Assembly (NCBI RefSeq): GCF_001194135.2
Contig: NC_068982.1
Span: forward strand, 43,332,430-43,370,609
Length of the DNA: 38,180 nt
Reading direction: 5' to 3'
Source of the DNA: Octopus bimaculoides
Taxonomy: Eukaryota
Part shown: in pieces, positions 1 to 11,740 of the stretch
Position numbering within the stretch: the first letter of the stretch is position 1
Layout of the letters: each line of letters opens with the position of its first letter
Translations under genes and position numbers: made by a program
The notes under the pieces: model-generated
Database searches by the model: none
What the model was told of the DNA's origin: nothing
Seen by the model: the letters and a program-made list of their open reading frames with translations, nothing else

Positions 1-269
1 GTTACACGTTAATTTAATATGTGAAACTTATCTTTATTAATGTATATCGAATTATACATAATCTACGCAGATATAGGAGTTAGAACTTGTGATCCACCCG
101 CGGACCTTTTTCTTTGTAAACTTTTGCACTAAAAAGTTTCCCCATCCCTGAGTTAATGGGTCTACATAGAGTTACTCCTAAATAAATGGTTAAATATAAA
201 AGAATAAGAGAAAGATTATTTTGATAAATATGTGCAGTTTGACATAAGCACGCACGTATGCAGTCACGC

Positions 270-302
<33 letters not shown>

Positions 303-695
303 ATCAAATGAATAAAAACAGACGATGGATAATTATCAGCTCATTACAGCTGTTTCTTACGCATTATTTAATAGAAAAATGAGAGCATTACTCCATTATA
401 AATCATCAGATGAGAAGTAATTTTACAACCGAAAGAATATCCCAAAGACTACAGTAGATACATGGCTGAAATCTGTCGAGACTAACTTTAGACCAGCCCC
501 TAGGTGCTAAATACTTATAGAGGCTTACCGAACATAGGCCGGTCTATCCGTCTCTACCTGGTGCATATCTTTTCAAGTACCTGATTCTATCTGAATCTTT
601 ATTATACTATTATATACATATATATATTCCAATAAGGAGCAAATAATTCAGAAGTGAATATTTGCAAAGATATTATTAATTCTATTATCATCTAG

Positions 696-902
696 ATAAA
701 TCCTTACTGGACTTCTTTTCACACTGAGACTGTTATGATCTCGCGCAAAATAAATCAGTGCATCGCAGATTTCAACGTAACGGATTGGGAGATTTTTTCA
801 TTGTGGTTACACGTGCTGAGGAAGGAAAGGCTAAAATGCCAGTTCAGAAACCGATCCACGTGAGTCCAGAGACTAGAAAATATATAGCTGGAAACTATAT
901 AG
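696..902 (+). other. Candidate host exon (two alternative readings)
   Basis: Unique, non-repetitive stretch. Reading A: TAG acceptor 693-695, open frame 696-859 (INPYWTSF...CQFRNRS), GTGAGT donor at 860. Reading B: open frame 729-902 (DCYDLAQ...KYIAGNYI), AG|GTATGT donor at 903, but a weak GAG acceptor. Neither peptide recognised. Confidence 0.25.
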
Positions 903-1058
903 GTATGTGAATAGCGCTTTTGACCCGTTCGCCCGCGTACGGTTAAACGTTTGTAGTTATTATCAGTGTTTTTATTTTCGGCGGTTTAAATAAGAGTTTT
1001 GACTGTTATTTCCAGCGGGTAGACATACTCAGTATGTCCTTTGATTAGTATGTATATG

Positions 1059-1315
1059 TGGAGGCGCAATGGCCCAGTGGTTAGGGCAGCGGACTCGCGG
1101 TCATAGGATCGCGGTTTCGATTCCCAGACCGGGCATTGTGAGTGTTTATTGAGCGAAAACACCTAAAAGCTCCACGAGGCTCCGGCAGGGGATGGTGGCG
1201 AACCCTGCTGTACTCTTCCACCACAACTTTCCCTCACTCTTACTTCCGGTTTCTGTTGTGCATGTAATTCAAAGGGTCAGCCTTGTCACACTGTGTCACG
1301 CTGAATATCCCCGAG
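1059..1315 (+). mobile_element. tRNA-derived SINE, family A (truncated by assembly gap)
   Basis: Head GGAGGCGCAATGGCCCAGTGGTTAGG...GGTTTCGATTCCC with A/B-box-like motifs. Near-identical to 23571-23959. Runs into N-gap at 1316. Confidence 0.9.
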
Positions 1316-1870
1316 NNNNNNNNNNNNNNNNNNNNNNNNNNNNNNNNNNNNNNNNNNNNNNNNNNNNNNNNNNNNNNNNNNNNNNNNNNNNNNNNNNNNN
1401 NNNNNNNNNNNNNNNNNNNNNNNNNNNNNNNNNNNNNNNNNNNNNNNNNNNNNNNNNNNNNNNNNNNNNNNNNNNNNNNNNNNNNNNNNNNNNNNNNNNN
1501 NNNNNNNNNNNNNNNNNNNNNNNNNNNNNNNNNNNNNNNNNNNNNNNNNNNNNNNNNNNNNNNNNNNNNNNNNNNNNNNNNNNNNNNNNNNNNNNNNNNN
1601 NNNNNNNNNNNNNNNNNNTAACAACGAAGAATTGTGTGAGCGCGAAGTGCAGATGTAAATATCCGTACATTTCTAGAATTTTTATGTGAAAACAAAAGGA
1701 AAATATAAAGGCAGTGTTTTCCTTTAGAATGTGGTGGAGTGAGGTTTTGCGTACTTGCATGTGCATGCGTGTTTGTGAGTGTGCGCGCATGCCTATGAGT
1801 GTGTGGGGGGTATGTGCGTGCGTGCTTGTGTGTATGAAGTGCATGTCCGTGTGTATGTGGATGAGAGAAG

Positions 1871-1874
<4 letters not shown>

Positions 1875-1948
<74 letters not shown>
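1875..1948 (+). repeat. (GA)n(GAAA)n microsatellite
   Basis: Direct reading. Confidence 0.95.
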
Positions 1949-1949
<1 letters not shown>

Positions 1950-2321
1950 GACAGACAGAGGCAGATAGATGGAGGCAGATAAAGAGAGAGAGAGAAATAG
2001 ACAGAAAGATAGGAAAGAGGGGTGATTGAAGCAACGTAGTGTTTGATGAATGAATAGTTGCACTGAAGGACAGCGTCTTCACGTTGCTGTTATTTTATCT
2101 TATGTCAATTGGAGAGACGGAGATGGTGACGACCAGCGGTAAAAAAAAAAGGCGGATAGTTAGGAGAGGAACGTCATAGTCTCACATTCATTCAGTTTAT
2201 TTCTTACTCTCTTTCACTCTCTCTCTCTCTCTCCCTCTTTCTCTTAACCTTTTCTCTGTCTTTTCGTTGCGCTTTTTGCAATACTTCTATATGTTCCTTC
2301 TACTCTTTTACTACTACTCTT

Positions 2322-2554
2322 ATTTCTTCACTGCCCACAAGGGGGCTACACACAGAGGGGACAAACAAGGACAGACAAATGGATTAAGTCGATTAGATCG
2401 ACCCCAGTGCGTAACTGGTACTTAATTTATCGACCCCGAAAGGATGAAAGGCAAAGTCGACCTCGACAGAATTTGAACTCAGAACGTAACTGCAGACGAA
2501 ATACCGCTAAGCATTTCGCCCGGCGTTCTAACGTTTCTGCCAGCTCGCCGCCTT
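2322..2554 (-). mobile_element. tRNA-derived SINE, family B (variant 3' tail)
   Basis: Minus strand: GGCGGCGAGCTGGCAGAA head, GTTCAAATTC B-box, GCCTTTCATCCTTTCGGGGTCGATAAATTAAGTACC core. Tail differs from the other B copies. Confidence 0.88.
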
Positions 2555-2643
2555 TTACTACTACTCTATCATTCACATCATTTCACACCCTCTTCCTCCC
2601 TCCCCTCTCTCTCTCTCTCTCTCTCTCTTTCACTCTTTCTATA

Positions 2644-2958
2644 TGTGGCTTAGTGGTTAGAGTATTCGGTTCATGATCGCAAGGTCGTGGGTTCGATTTC
2701 TGGCGGCGTGTTGTGTCCATGAACAAGACACTTTATTTCACGTCGTTCCAGTCAACTCAGCTAGCAAAAATGAGTTGTATCTGTATTTCAAAGAGCCAGC
2801 CTTGTCACATTCAGTATCGTGCTGAATCTCTCCGAGTACTACATTAAGGATACGCGTGTCTGTGGAGTGCTCGGCCACTTGCGCGTTAATTTTACAAGCA
2901 GGCTGTTCCGTTGATCGGATCATCTGGCACCCTCGTCGTAGTAACCGACGCAGTACCA
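2644..2958 (+). mobile_element. tRNA-derived SINE, family A-related (different head, CORE-like centre, shared 3' tail)
   Basis: GTGGCTTAGTGGTTAG...GGTTCGATT head and TTGTGTCCATGAACAAGACACTT centre. 2790-2958 aligns with the 3' half of 23571-23959. Confidence 0.85.
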
Positions 2959-3382
2959 GTTTATATGTATAATTATAAATAATAAAGAGTATGGAGACTT
3001 GTACATCCAGGAAATCTCTTTTATAATCTTATACAGCATCATATAATGACCGACACGTGTTTCTGCTGCAGCGACTACTCGGTGTTGCAAATGCAACCTT
3101 GCATTATTGTCGGTGCAGTTTCATCAAGGTCCACCCATTTGGCTATCCTCAAAGTGAACTGACTGAAGTAAATTTATGTTAATGGGTGGGGATGTTATTT
3201 GTTGGTATATGCTGCTGACCTCAAATTTGCACCAGTCGATGTCCGAAGTGAGGGCTTGGGCTAAAATATGTCAAGGTCGGAACTAGCATTTTTGCAAGGT
3301 TCTTTGTTCATTTTAATGATTGTGAGTGATTTAGTTTTGATTTCGAGATTTCGAGTGTAGTGCTTGTAGGGAAGAGTTCATA

Positions 3383-3615
3383 TTTACTCTTTTACTCTTT
3401 TACTTGTTTCAGTCATGCTGGAGCACCGCCTTTAGTCGAGCAAATCGACCCCAGGACTTATTCTTTGTAAGCCTAGTACTTATTCTATCGGTCTCTTTTT
3501 GCCGAACCGCTAAGTTACGGGAACGCGTAAACACACCAGCATCGGTTGTCAAGCAATGGTGGGGGAACAAACACAGACACACAAACACGTACATACACAT
3601 ACATACATGCATACA

Positions 3616-3649
<34 letters not shown>

Positions 3650-3698
3650 CATATACACATATATACGACGGGCTTCTTTCAGTTTCCGTCTACCAAAT
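3383..3698 (-). mobile_element. SINE family C, 3' half (internal microsatellite, AAAAGAGT tail), gap-truncated
   Basis: TACTCTTTTACTTGTTTCAGTC...CCGCCTTTAGTCGAGCAAATCGACCCC matches 35744-36140. (CATA)n lies inside. Confidence 0.9.
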
Positions 3699-4477
3699 NN
3701 NNNNNNNNNNNNNNNNNNNNNNNNNNNNNNNNNNNNNNNNNNNNNNNNNNNNNNNNNNNNNNNNNNNNNNNNNNNNNNNNNNNNNNNNNNNNNNNNNNNN
3801 NNNNNNNNNNNNNNNNNNNNNNNNNNNNNNNNNNNNNNNNNNNNNNNNNNNNNNNNNNNNNNNNNNNNNNNNNNNNNNNNNNNNNNNNNNNNNNNNNNNN
3901 NNNNNNNNNNNNNNNNNNNNNNNNNNNNNNNNNNNNNNNNNNNNNNNNNNNNNNNNNNNNNNNNNNNNNNNNNNNNNNNNNNNNNNNNNNNNNNNNNNNN
4001 NNNNNNNNNNNNNNNNNNNNNNNNNNNNNNNNNNNNNNNNNNNNNNNNNNNNNNNNNNNNNNNNNNNNNNNNNNNNNNNNNNNNNNNNNNNNNNNNNNNN
4101 NNNNNNNNNNNNNNNNNNNNNNNNNNNNNNNNNNNNNNNNNNNNNNNNNNNNNNNNNNNNNNNNNNNNNNNNNNNNNNNNNNNNNNNNNNNNNNNNNNNN
4201 NNNNNNNNNNNNNNNNNNNNNNNNNNNNNNNNNNNNNNNNNNNNNNNNNNNNNNNNNNNNNNNNNNNNNNNNNNNNNNNNNNNNNNNNNNNNNNNNNNNN
4301 NNNNNNNNNNNNNNNNNNNNNNNNNNNNNNNNNNNNNNNNNNNNNNNNNNNNNNNNNNNNNNNNNNNNNNNNNNNNNNNNNNNNNNNNNNNNNNNNNNNN
4401 NNNNNNNNNNNNNNNNNNNNNNNNNNNNNNNNNNNNNNNNNNNNNNNNNNNNNNNNNNNNNNNNNNNNNNNNNNNNN

Positions 4478-4553
<76 letters not shown>

Positions 4554-4642
4554 ATGTGTATGTATGTATACACACACACACACACATATATAAATATATA
4601 TAGAGACAGACAGACAGACAGACAGACAGATAGAGAGGAGAG

Positions 4643-4674
<32 letters not shown>

Positions 4675-4675
4675 G

Positions 4676-4746
<71 letters not shown>
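4478..4746 (+). repeat. Compound microsatellite (TA)n(TATG)n(CA)n(GACA)n(GATA)n
   Basis: Direct reading. Confidence 0.95.
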
Positions 4747-4748
<2 letters not shown>

Positions 4749-5037
4749 CTTGCAGGAGACAAGGCAGGATAACAGCTGTGCTGATAACGCCTGTTGAGGC
4801 AGTAACACGGATACATATCTATCTCCATGTCATCATAGAAAAGAATACATACATGCAGGTATATATGCGTTTGTACTTGTCGGTGGGGTGGGGCGGATAT
4901 CTGTGTGCGCACGTGTGAGTCCAACACTCAACATCTATTCTATATTTCGCTCTTTGTATATGAACCAATCCTGTTCTCTTTTTTTCTCTGTATGTTTCAT
5001 TTCTGGTCTCCCGCCTCTCTCTCCTTCCCTCATTATC

Positions 5038-5075
<38 letters not shown>

Positions 5076-5807
5076 CTTTCTCTCTTTCTCAGCATTCCTT
5101 ATTCCTCGCAGTCCTCTAACCCATTCTCCCTCCTACGACATACGCCAAATATCTTGTACTAGCTACAACTTCCGGTTAACGAAAAAGTATTCGGACATTT
5201 CNNNNNNNNNNNNNNNNNNNNNNNNNNNNNNNNNNNNNNNNNNNNNNNNNNNNNNNNNNNNNNNNNNNNNNNNNNNNNNNNNNNNNNNNNNNNNNNNNNN
5301 NNNNNNNNNNNNNNNNNNNNNNNNNNNNNNNNNNNNNNNNNNNNNNNNNNNNNNNNNNNNNNNNNNNNNNNNNNNNNNNNNNNNNNNNNNNNNNNNNNNN
5401 NNNNNNNNNNNNNNNNNNNNNNNNNNNNNNNNNNNNNNNNNNNNNNNNNNNNNNNNNNNNNNNNNNNNNNNNNNNNNNNNNNNNNNNNNNNNNNNNNNNN
5501 NNNNNNNNNNNNNNNNNNNNNNNNNNNNNNNNNNNNNNNNNNNNNNNNNNNNNNNNNNNNNNNNNNNNNNNNNNNNNNNNNNNNNNNNNNNNNNNNNNNN
5601 NNNNNNNNNNNNNNNNNNNNNNNNNNNNNNNNNNNNNNNNNNNNNNNNNNNNNNNNNNNNNNNNNNNNNNNNNNNNNNNNNNNNNNNNNNNNNNNNNNNN
5701 NNNNNNNNNNNNNNNNNNNNNNNNNNNNNNNNNNNNNNNNNNNNNNNNNNNNNNNNNNNNNNNNNNNNNNNNNNNNNNNNNNNNNNNNNNNNNNNNNNNN
5801 NNNNNNN

Positions 5808-6070
5808 ATGGATGGATGGATGGATGGATGGATGGATGGATGGATGGATGGATGGATGGATGGATTAATGGATGAATGGATGGGTGGGTGGATTGATGGA
5901 TGGCTAGATAGATGGATTTATGGATGGATGGATGGATGGCTAGGTGGGTGAATGGTTGGATTGATTAATGGATGGATAGATGGGTGGATTGATGGATGAA
6001 TGGATGGATGGGTTGATATATTGACAGACGAATGGATTAATGTGTGGAGATAGATGGGATAGTTGGAATG
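5808..6070 (+). repeat. (GATG)n microsatellite, degenerating 3'-ward
   Basis: Direct reading. Confidence 0.9.
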
Positions 6071-6399
6071 GTGACTGGATGGATGCAGGAGTGTACTTAT
6101 CGATCGACCGACTAATTGATTAATTGATGGTTTAATAGGAGGACTATACTAATTTGTTATCCTGAAAAAAATATCCACTTTAATTTAGCCCCAGGTCAAC
6201 CTTTACTTAAGAAAAGTTGATCTTTATATAGTCAAGGGACCACAATACCTAACGGTCCTTCATTTTTTAGTACGGTAAAGTGTGATTAGACGGAGATTTG
6301 ACTGTTATTTCTAGAAGATCGAGGCACAAGGTAGCGACTTTCTCAATCATGTCAACCAATGCTGCGCCGTGTTTACTAAAATAGTTTCGATGAGTGTGC

Positions 6400-6516
<117 letters not shown>

Positions 6517-6949
6517 CCCGCTTGCTAAACTGTGTACAGTAAATATCTACATCCTTTGATAAACTATAATGCCATGTATTTATTTTGTTCATGATTTTTT
6601 CTGAAAAGAAACTGATATAAGTATATTTTAGAATATAAGAAGTCACTAATTGGAACACCAATAGGACATGAACTTTTCATATTAGTTGATATGCTGGCAA
6701 ACGTACATACATGCATGCCCACATGCGTACATACACGCATACATACACGCATACATACATACAGACAAACAGGCACACACACACACGCATACATACATAC
6801 ACAGATGCAGATACACACACACACATACGCGCGCGTGCAGAAGAACACTGGTGTGAGATCGTTTCTATAGTCTTCGAGTCGTGCTTGGTATCACTCAAAC
6901 AGCATCTACCAAATAACAGAAGTAAAACAAAAACTTTTATTATTAAGTG

Positions 6950-7037
6950 CTCAAAAGTGATCAAAACACTCAAAAGTGATCAGAACACTCAAAAGTGATC
7001 AGAACACTCAAAAGTGATCAGAAAACTCAAAGGTGAT
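6950..7037 (+). repeat. 19-bp minisatellite CTCAAAAGTGATCAGAACA x ~4.6
   Basis: Units start at 6950, 6969, 6988, 7007 and 7026; no spacers. Confidence 0.92.
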
Positions 7038-7422
7038 GTGAGCAGTCAAGTGTAACCATAAAAGGCCACATATTATTGTTTTGTTTTTTTGTTTTGTTTT
7101 TTGTAACAAAGGGGTAAAGGTATGTACCGTCATAGAGGTCAGCTGCCCTGCAGATATGAATATCTCTTTGAAAATCAAAGAGAAAGAGGATATCTACGGT
7201 CAACTGCATCGAATGCTCCAGCTTCTATATCCAGACTATGAATTCCTATTCATATCAATAACAATTGGAGCACTAAGTTTTGTTAGTAAAGGCTTAAAGG
7301 GGAATCTGGATAAACTGGGATTTTTAGAAAGAGAGATCGATCGACTAATTCGTACATTGCAAGTGCAATCTGTGAGTGAAACGGTAAAAATATGCAAGAC
7401 TTTTCTCAAGTTCCAAGTGTGA
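7038..7422 (+). mobile_element. RLE-type (R4/NeSL-like) non-LTR retrotransposon, C-terminal endonuclease fragment
   Basis: AVKCNHKRPHIIV...CTVIEVSCPADMNISLKIKEKEDIYG...ITIGAL...TVKICKTFLKF matches the RPD...D/E-x-S-C-P...K..KY...IGALG pattern of RLE domains. Catalytic PD appears as PH, so it is decayed. Confidence 0.8.
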
Positions 7423-7545
7423 ATTTGTCTGTGTTAACTATATCCCAAAGATGGAGCCTTATGCCTTATATCTTTTTTGGAAACCGGCTCCCTCCTCAGT
7501 GGAAGATTTATCATAATTAAAAAATAGAAGAGACACACATGCAAA

Positions 7546-7600
7546 CATACATACATACATACATACATACATACATACATACATACATACATACATACAT
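7546..7600 (+). repeat. (CATA)n microsatellite
   Basis: Direct reading. Confidence 0.95.
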
Positions 7601-7679
7601 AAGCGCGTTATAGGTTGCTTGAAGCATTGTAGTACAGAAGTAGAAAAAGAAAAGGAAATAAATATTCTAACAATGCAAA

Positions 7680-8020
7680 AAATTCTGCATAGTTGCAACA
7701 TTCTAATGAGATACAGGAATGAACATTGGTCAACTAAATGCTCATATCTGGTTGTTGGTTGAGGGAACGTAACTGACCAGACAAGAAATATGGATATCAA
7801 TGGCCTGTCTGTTTGACCTCTCTCGAATAACAGATGCTGCAGTTATCTTAGGACTGAGGATAAAGTTGCATGCGTTAATGCTTTGTGTAAAGCTAAAGTC
7901 ACAAAGGAATACTTAAATAGACTTCGGAATATATGGAAGTCAGAATTATCTAAATTCAATAAGACTATGCTATAACACTTTTATAGTACCAGTGCTTGTT
8001 TTAACATTCTGGGTACTAGC
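7680..8020 (+). mobile_element. RLE-type (R4/NeSL-like) LINE, decayed RT C-terminal/thumb fragment
   Basis: With stops and frameshifts: TGMNIG..KCSYLV...DINGLSV*PL...YL...VTKEYLNRLRNIWKSELSKFNK...NTFIVPVL. This follows the recalled R4-clade pattern DIGM.FG..KC...YKYLG...KEY..R.R.I.KSEL..NK..A.N.FAVPVL. Confidence 0.65.
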
Positions 8021-8114
8021 GCTCGACAACGATAGGGATCTGCAACAGGATATCAAGTCAAGAATGTTATTAACACATGGGATTTGCTCATTTTTCCCCT
8101 TTCCTTTTCCTTTC

Positions 8115-8319
8115 ATGTTGCCTGTGTGATATGATCTGGCGCTCATAGGCTGCATGGTTTTTAGACTATCATATATTTTTTATCCATCCCTCCATCTGAT
8201 ACATCTTGTCCGTCGTTACTATTGATAACTTCCACATCATTAGCAAATCTGACAAGATCTGACTCAGACGGGAGTGTGTGATAGTCCAGGAGCGCCAGAT
8301 CGTAACACAATGACAGCAT
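8115..8319. repeat. Imperfect ~205-bp palindrome (fold-back)
   Basis: 8115-8144 is 24/30 identical to the reverse complement of 8290-8319, with a perfect 12-bp core GATCTGGCGCTC. Inner stems 8203-8210/8251-8258 and 8216-8226/8236-8246. Loop about 8227-8235. Confidence 0.75.
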
Positions 8320-8389
8320 TGGCTGAATAGTAAAAGAAGAAATGAGTACATATGTACTCATCAGTAAAAATAACCTTTTGGGGACGCAC

Positions 8390-9050
8390 GAAGTTAGTTA
8401 CAGCCGTTTCATGTGATCGAAGCCAGCTAAACTAACCGACTTAAACAGAAAATTGTGGGAGGGATACTCATCACTACAACAGAAAGTTATGCATGAATGC
8501 ATATCCTGAAAGGTATAGAATATCATCGATATTGACAGGAAGTGTAAGATGACTTGCACCTGTGATAGATACATTACATTCCACCTAGACGAATAAGTCT
8601 TCACCTTTGAGAAAAACATGAGCAGAGAGGGAGTTCAGGAGTGTAGACAACCTGAAAACGAAGGACTGAGAATAGTGATTACTACAGGGCCTGGGAGTGG
8701 AATGACCCCAGACATATCTGTGAAGCAGAAGCTATTATAGCGGTAGAAAAGACAGAGAGAAGAGACAGCATGTCCGTGAACAGAAAGCTAGAATCTGTCT
8801 GTGAGTGGCCTTCTACCAATTTTTTTGTAGATGAAGTCTAGGGTCTTTATGTACAGTAACAGTATAAACCCAAATGTGAGAGCAATACTTCATCTGAACT
8901 ATGTAGGGTACCAATCATTATTATTAAGGGAAGCATTTTCTGGCTGTGAGAAGGCCAATAGTTAGAATGTTGTCCGAGTTATATTATGGGTGTGCTTTCA
9001 CCAAGAGAGTTCCTTGATCAATGTGAGGTACATCATTTGGAGCAATGTAA
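8390..9050 (-). mobile_element. Highly decayed APE-type LINE endonuclease region (CR1/L2-group-like)
   Basis: Broken frames LSVHGHAVSSLCLFYRYNS, PSAHVFLKGEDLFV and SVSLAGFDH resemble the APE motifs I...YRSPNS, ..I.GDFNV and PLG.SDH in the correct order. Confidence 0.45.
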
Positions 9051-9494
9051 AGGATCCACTTGAGTGCTTCTCATGATTGGGGCGGGTGTGGTGCGCTGAT
9101 AGTTGTTCTCTTGATATAAGTAGAATTTGTGTTTTCTTGCTTTCGTAAAAGGGAAGATTGGTAAAGATAAGATTGTGTAGTCGTATCTTGTTCGGCTAAG
9201 TCTTCCATTTGTGGTTAAAATTGAGATGACGCTCTGGCGTGGTGGCTAGGTCACAGTTACACAATTTACAGTAAGCACAACGTTTGAGACTCCCGTAGAT
9301 AATGTTACGATGTTTCCGTATTCTGTTATACATGTCTGTGTGTGTATGAGAGCGAGAGTGTATGTGTGTATACGTACATACATGACTTTCTAGTTAATGT
9401 TTAAATTCCAATGAAAAGGCCTAGTCCCTGAATTGTTTTGTTATTCTAAGATCAAAAACAATCATTCAACAGTTTAAAGGTTGTTTTTGTTAAC

Positions 9495-9762
9495 TTTTAT
9501 CTTTTACCTCTTTCAGTCATTGGACTGCGGTCATGCTGGGGCACTACCTTCAAGGTTTTAGTCAAATAAATCAAACCCAGCGCTCACTTCTCTAAAACTC
9601 GGTAGTTATTTTATATTTCTCTTTTCCCCGAACTGCCAAGGTACAGGAGGCAAACAAACCAGCGCCGGTTGTTAAATGGTGGGGTAGGACAAACACAAGC
9701 ACAATGACACAGACACACGCGTATGTGTGCATTTGTGTATGCGTGTGTGTATGTGTGTGTGT

Positions 9763-9827
<65 letters not shown>
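9495..9827 (-). mobile_element. SINE family C, diverged 3' half ending in (TG)n
   Basis: TTTCAGTCATTGGACTGCGGTCATGCTGGGGCAC...CCGAACTGCC...ACAAACAC matches the family C tail, then runs into the internal microsatellite. Confidence 0.8.
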
Positions 9828-9830
<3 letters not shown>

Positions 9831-9977
9831 ATCTGCACAGAAAATTTTGCCCGGTTGCATATACAACTACCCATTCTCTGTGCAATAGAAACATGCTGTA
9901 TGACACTGTAAAATAAAAGGAAATAATCTTTGATGATGTACCAGTCTCCATATTCACTATCGTTATAATTATTGCAG

Positions 9978-10047
9978 ATATACACTCCAGATAATATTAC
10001 CATCCAGGGAAGTGAACATGGAATTACCCATCGGAGAAATTTACAGC
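9978..10047 (+). other. Candidate 70-nt host exon
   Basis: TTATTGCAG acceptor (9969-9977) and GTGAGT donor at 10048. Two frames open (IYTPDNITIQGSEHGITHRRNLQ or YTLQIILPSREVNMELPIGEIYS). Confidence 0.25.
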
Positions 10048-10164
10048 GTGAGTAACAACTCCTAGTTGTCATAGACGTTAAATACTAATCGATGCGGTTA
10101 GCCGAAACCTGGAACATAACTGAGAGCTACCACGGTATCCGCCCAGATAATATATACCCTTAAA

Positions 10165-10203
<39 letters not shown>

Positions 10204-10385
10204 AAATGTGTTTATTTGGGAAGTCTGTTGTGTGGCATTATTCTGTAATAATGCCCTTATATAAATATAAACGAATGATTATATTCTTGAGAATAGAAAT
10301 TTCCGTTATTAATTTTTTTACACACTAGCTTCCTGATAAAATTCTTGTAAAAGATTTTTATCCTATTTTGAATTTATTAATCAAA

Positions 10386-10413
10386 TATGTATGTATGTAT
10401 GTATATATGTATG

Positions 10414-10462
<49 letters not shown>

Positions 10463-10526
10463 AATAATATATAGATATATGCATATATCCATACATATAT
10501 GTACATACCTACATCTACATGTATAC
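10386..10526 (+). repeat. (TATG)n/(TA)n compound microsatellite
   Basis: Direct reading. Confidence 0.9.
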
Positions 10527-10650
10527 ATATATACATAGGCTGCTTGGTTTTTAGAAGAAAAGAAAAAAAGAGTATAAAAGATCAAATTATCGAGAGAATA
10601 ACCGCTGAACTACCTCACCAAGTAAACATTTTAAAAAAGGTGGGAAGGGA

Positions 10651-11650
10651 TCAGGCTAGTATGTCATGTAAAGAAGATGGCAGGTAGGGAGTAGCTGGTT
10701 GTATAGCTGGTTGTACACTCCAGAACAAATGGCGTATTTGGCCGCGCCTCGCAGACATGACTGCAAAGGCTTTGCCACGGAGAATAGACAGCGATACTTG
10801 CAACAGCCACTCCACTTCATGGAGCTCATTTCTCAGACAGGAGGCAGTAATCCCCATTTTTCGGAGGAAATTTGCAGTGCAGGGTCCAAGAATACTTGCG
10901 GTCTCGACGACGACCAGTACAAACTGATAGCAGCCGGTTAGACTCCTGTATTTGTTTATTTTTCTCTATTCGACGTTACGGGTGGAGCTACCAGGATTTG
11001 CAGCCGATGCAAGTAAGGTTGGAGCCGGAGAAAGTGTCGCAGCTCGTATTATCACCCGATTAGGTATATGCCCCCCCCCCCATATATGGGAAGAAGGCTA
11101 TTCCGTCGGGGTTCTTACCATCCCCGCGGTCAAGACCTATTGGCTCCAGTTTAGACGGGAAGCCGACCTCGTCGTGGTCCCTTCTAATTATGTCATTCAG
11201 AACGGCGTGTCGAGAGGAGCCAGCCCGCGCTATGACTTCAAGATAAGGAATGCAGGCCGAATTCATCGATTACCGCCCCACAATGGCATTTGAGTGGCTC
11301 ACGGACGTGGAAACCGAGGTTCGGGGCCACTCCAATATTCATCGTCAAGAAGGGCATGGGTTGATGAGGAGGGCACCGAATTGAGCAACGCGTCTGGCTG
11401 TGACGTGAACGGAGGCAGGCGAAGCAGTGTTGGTCTATGGATATTTCAATCAGTGTGAATGAAGATTTGAATTTGATGACGTCCCATTTGCGTTGCATAT
11501 CTGAATTCTGGGGACAGCAAGGCCTTCAACGTTCCAATCAGCTAGTCCAGTTTCTAGGCTACATCGGGTTCAGCCATTCCGCAGAATGCTTCACTGGTAA
11601 GGGTACTGATGATAGGGGACTGAAGAACGATAGACCAGCACGACTTTAAA
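10651..11650 (-). mobile_element. CRE-type non-LTR retrotransposon, 5'-truncated 3' fragment (CCHC + RLE), pseudogenised
   Basis: Joined minus frames: QRKWD...QPDALLNSVPSS...IGVAPNLG..EPLKCHCGAVIDEFGLHSLS*(C)..RHAVLNDIIRR..GFPSKLEPIGLDRGDGKNPDG..CDTF..KINKYRSL..YQFV.VVVET..GP...FLRKMG..E.EWL.Q.SLSILRG. This is the C-terminal signature of CRE-clade proteins as I recall it. Confidence 0.8.
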
Positions 11651-11740
11651 TTTCAACACAGGCATTGTTTATGGCTGTTGCCTTAAACATCTAGGATGAG
11701 ATAACTTGTCAATGTCGTGTATAAGTTGACAGCACCCTTG

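Noticed and set aside
1059-1135. tRNA gene (also at 2644, 23571 and other SINE heads)
   Set aside because: The tRNA-like heads continue into repeated SINE bodies and tails and do not form a full cloverleaf with a Pol III terminator.
1192-5868. Long ORFs containing X runs (also at 17139-17726, 18963-19425, 20033-20776 and others)
   Set aside because: They are open only because they span N-gaps or dinucleotide/tetranucleotide repeats.
6950-7037. Possible CRISPR-like repeat array
   Set aside because: Units are directly adjacent with no unique spacers; eukaryotic context; it is a minisatellite.
8161-8361. 'RFANDV' read as a reverse-transcriptase YADD motif
   Set aside because: It lies inside the palindrome and lacks the surrounding RT domains; probably coincidental or part of an APE-RT linker.
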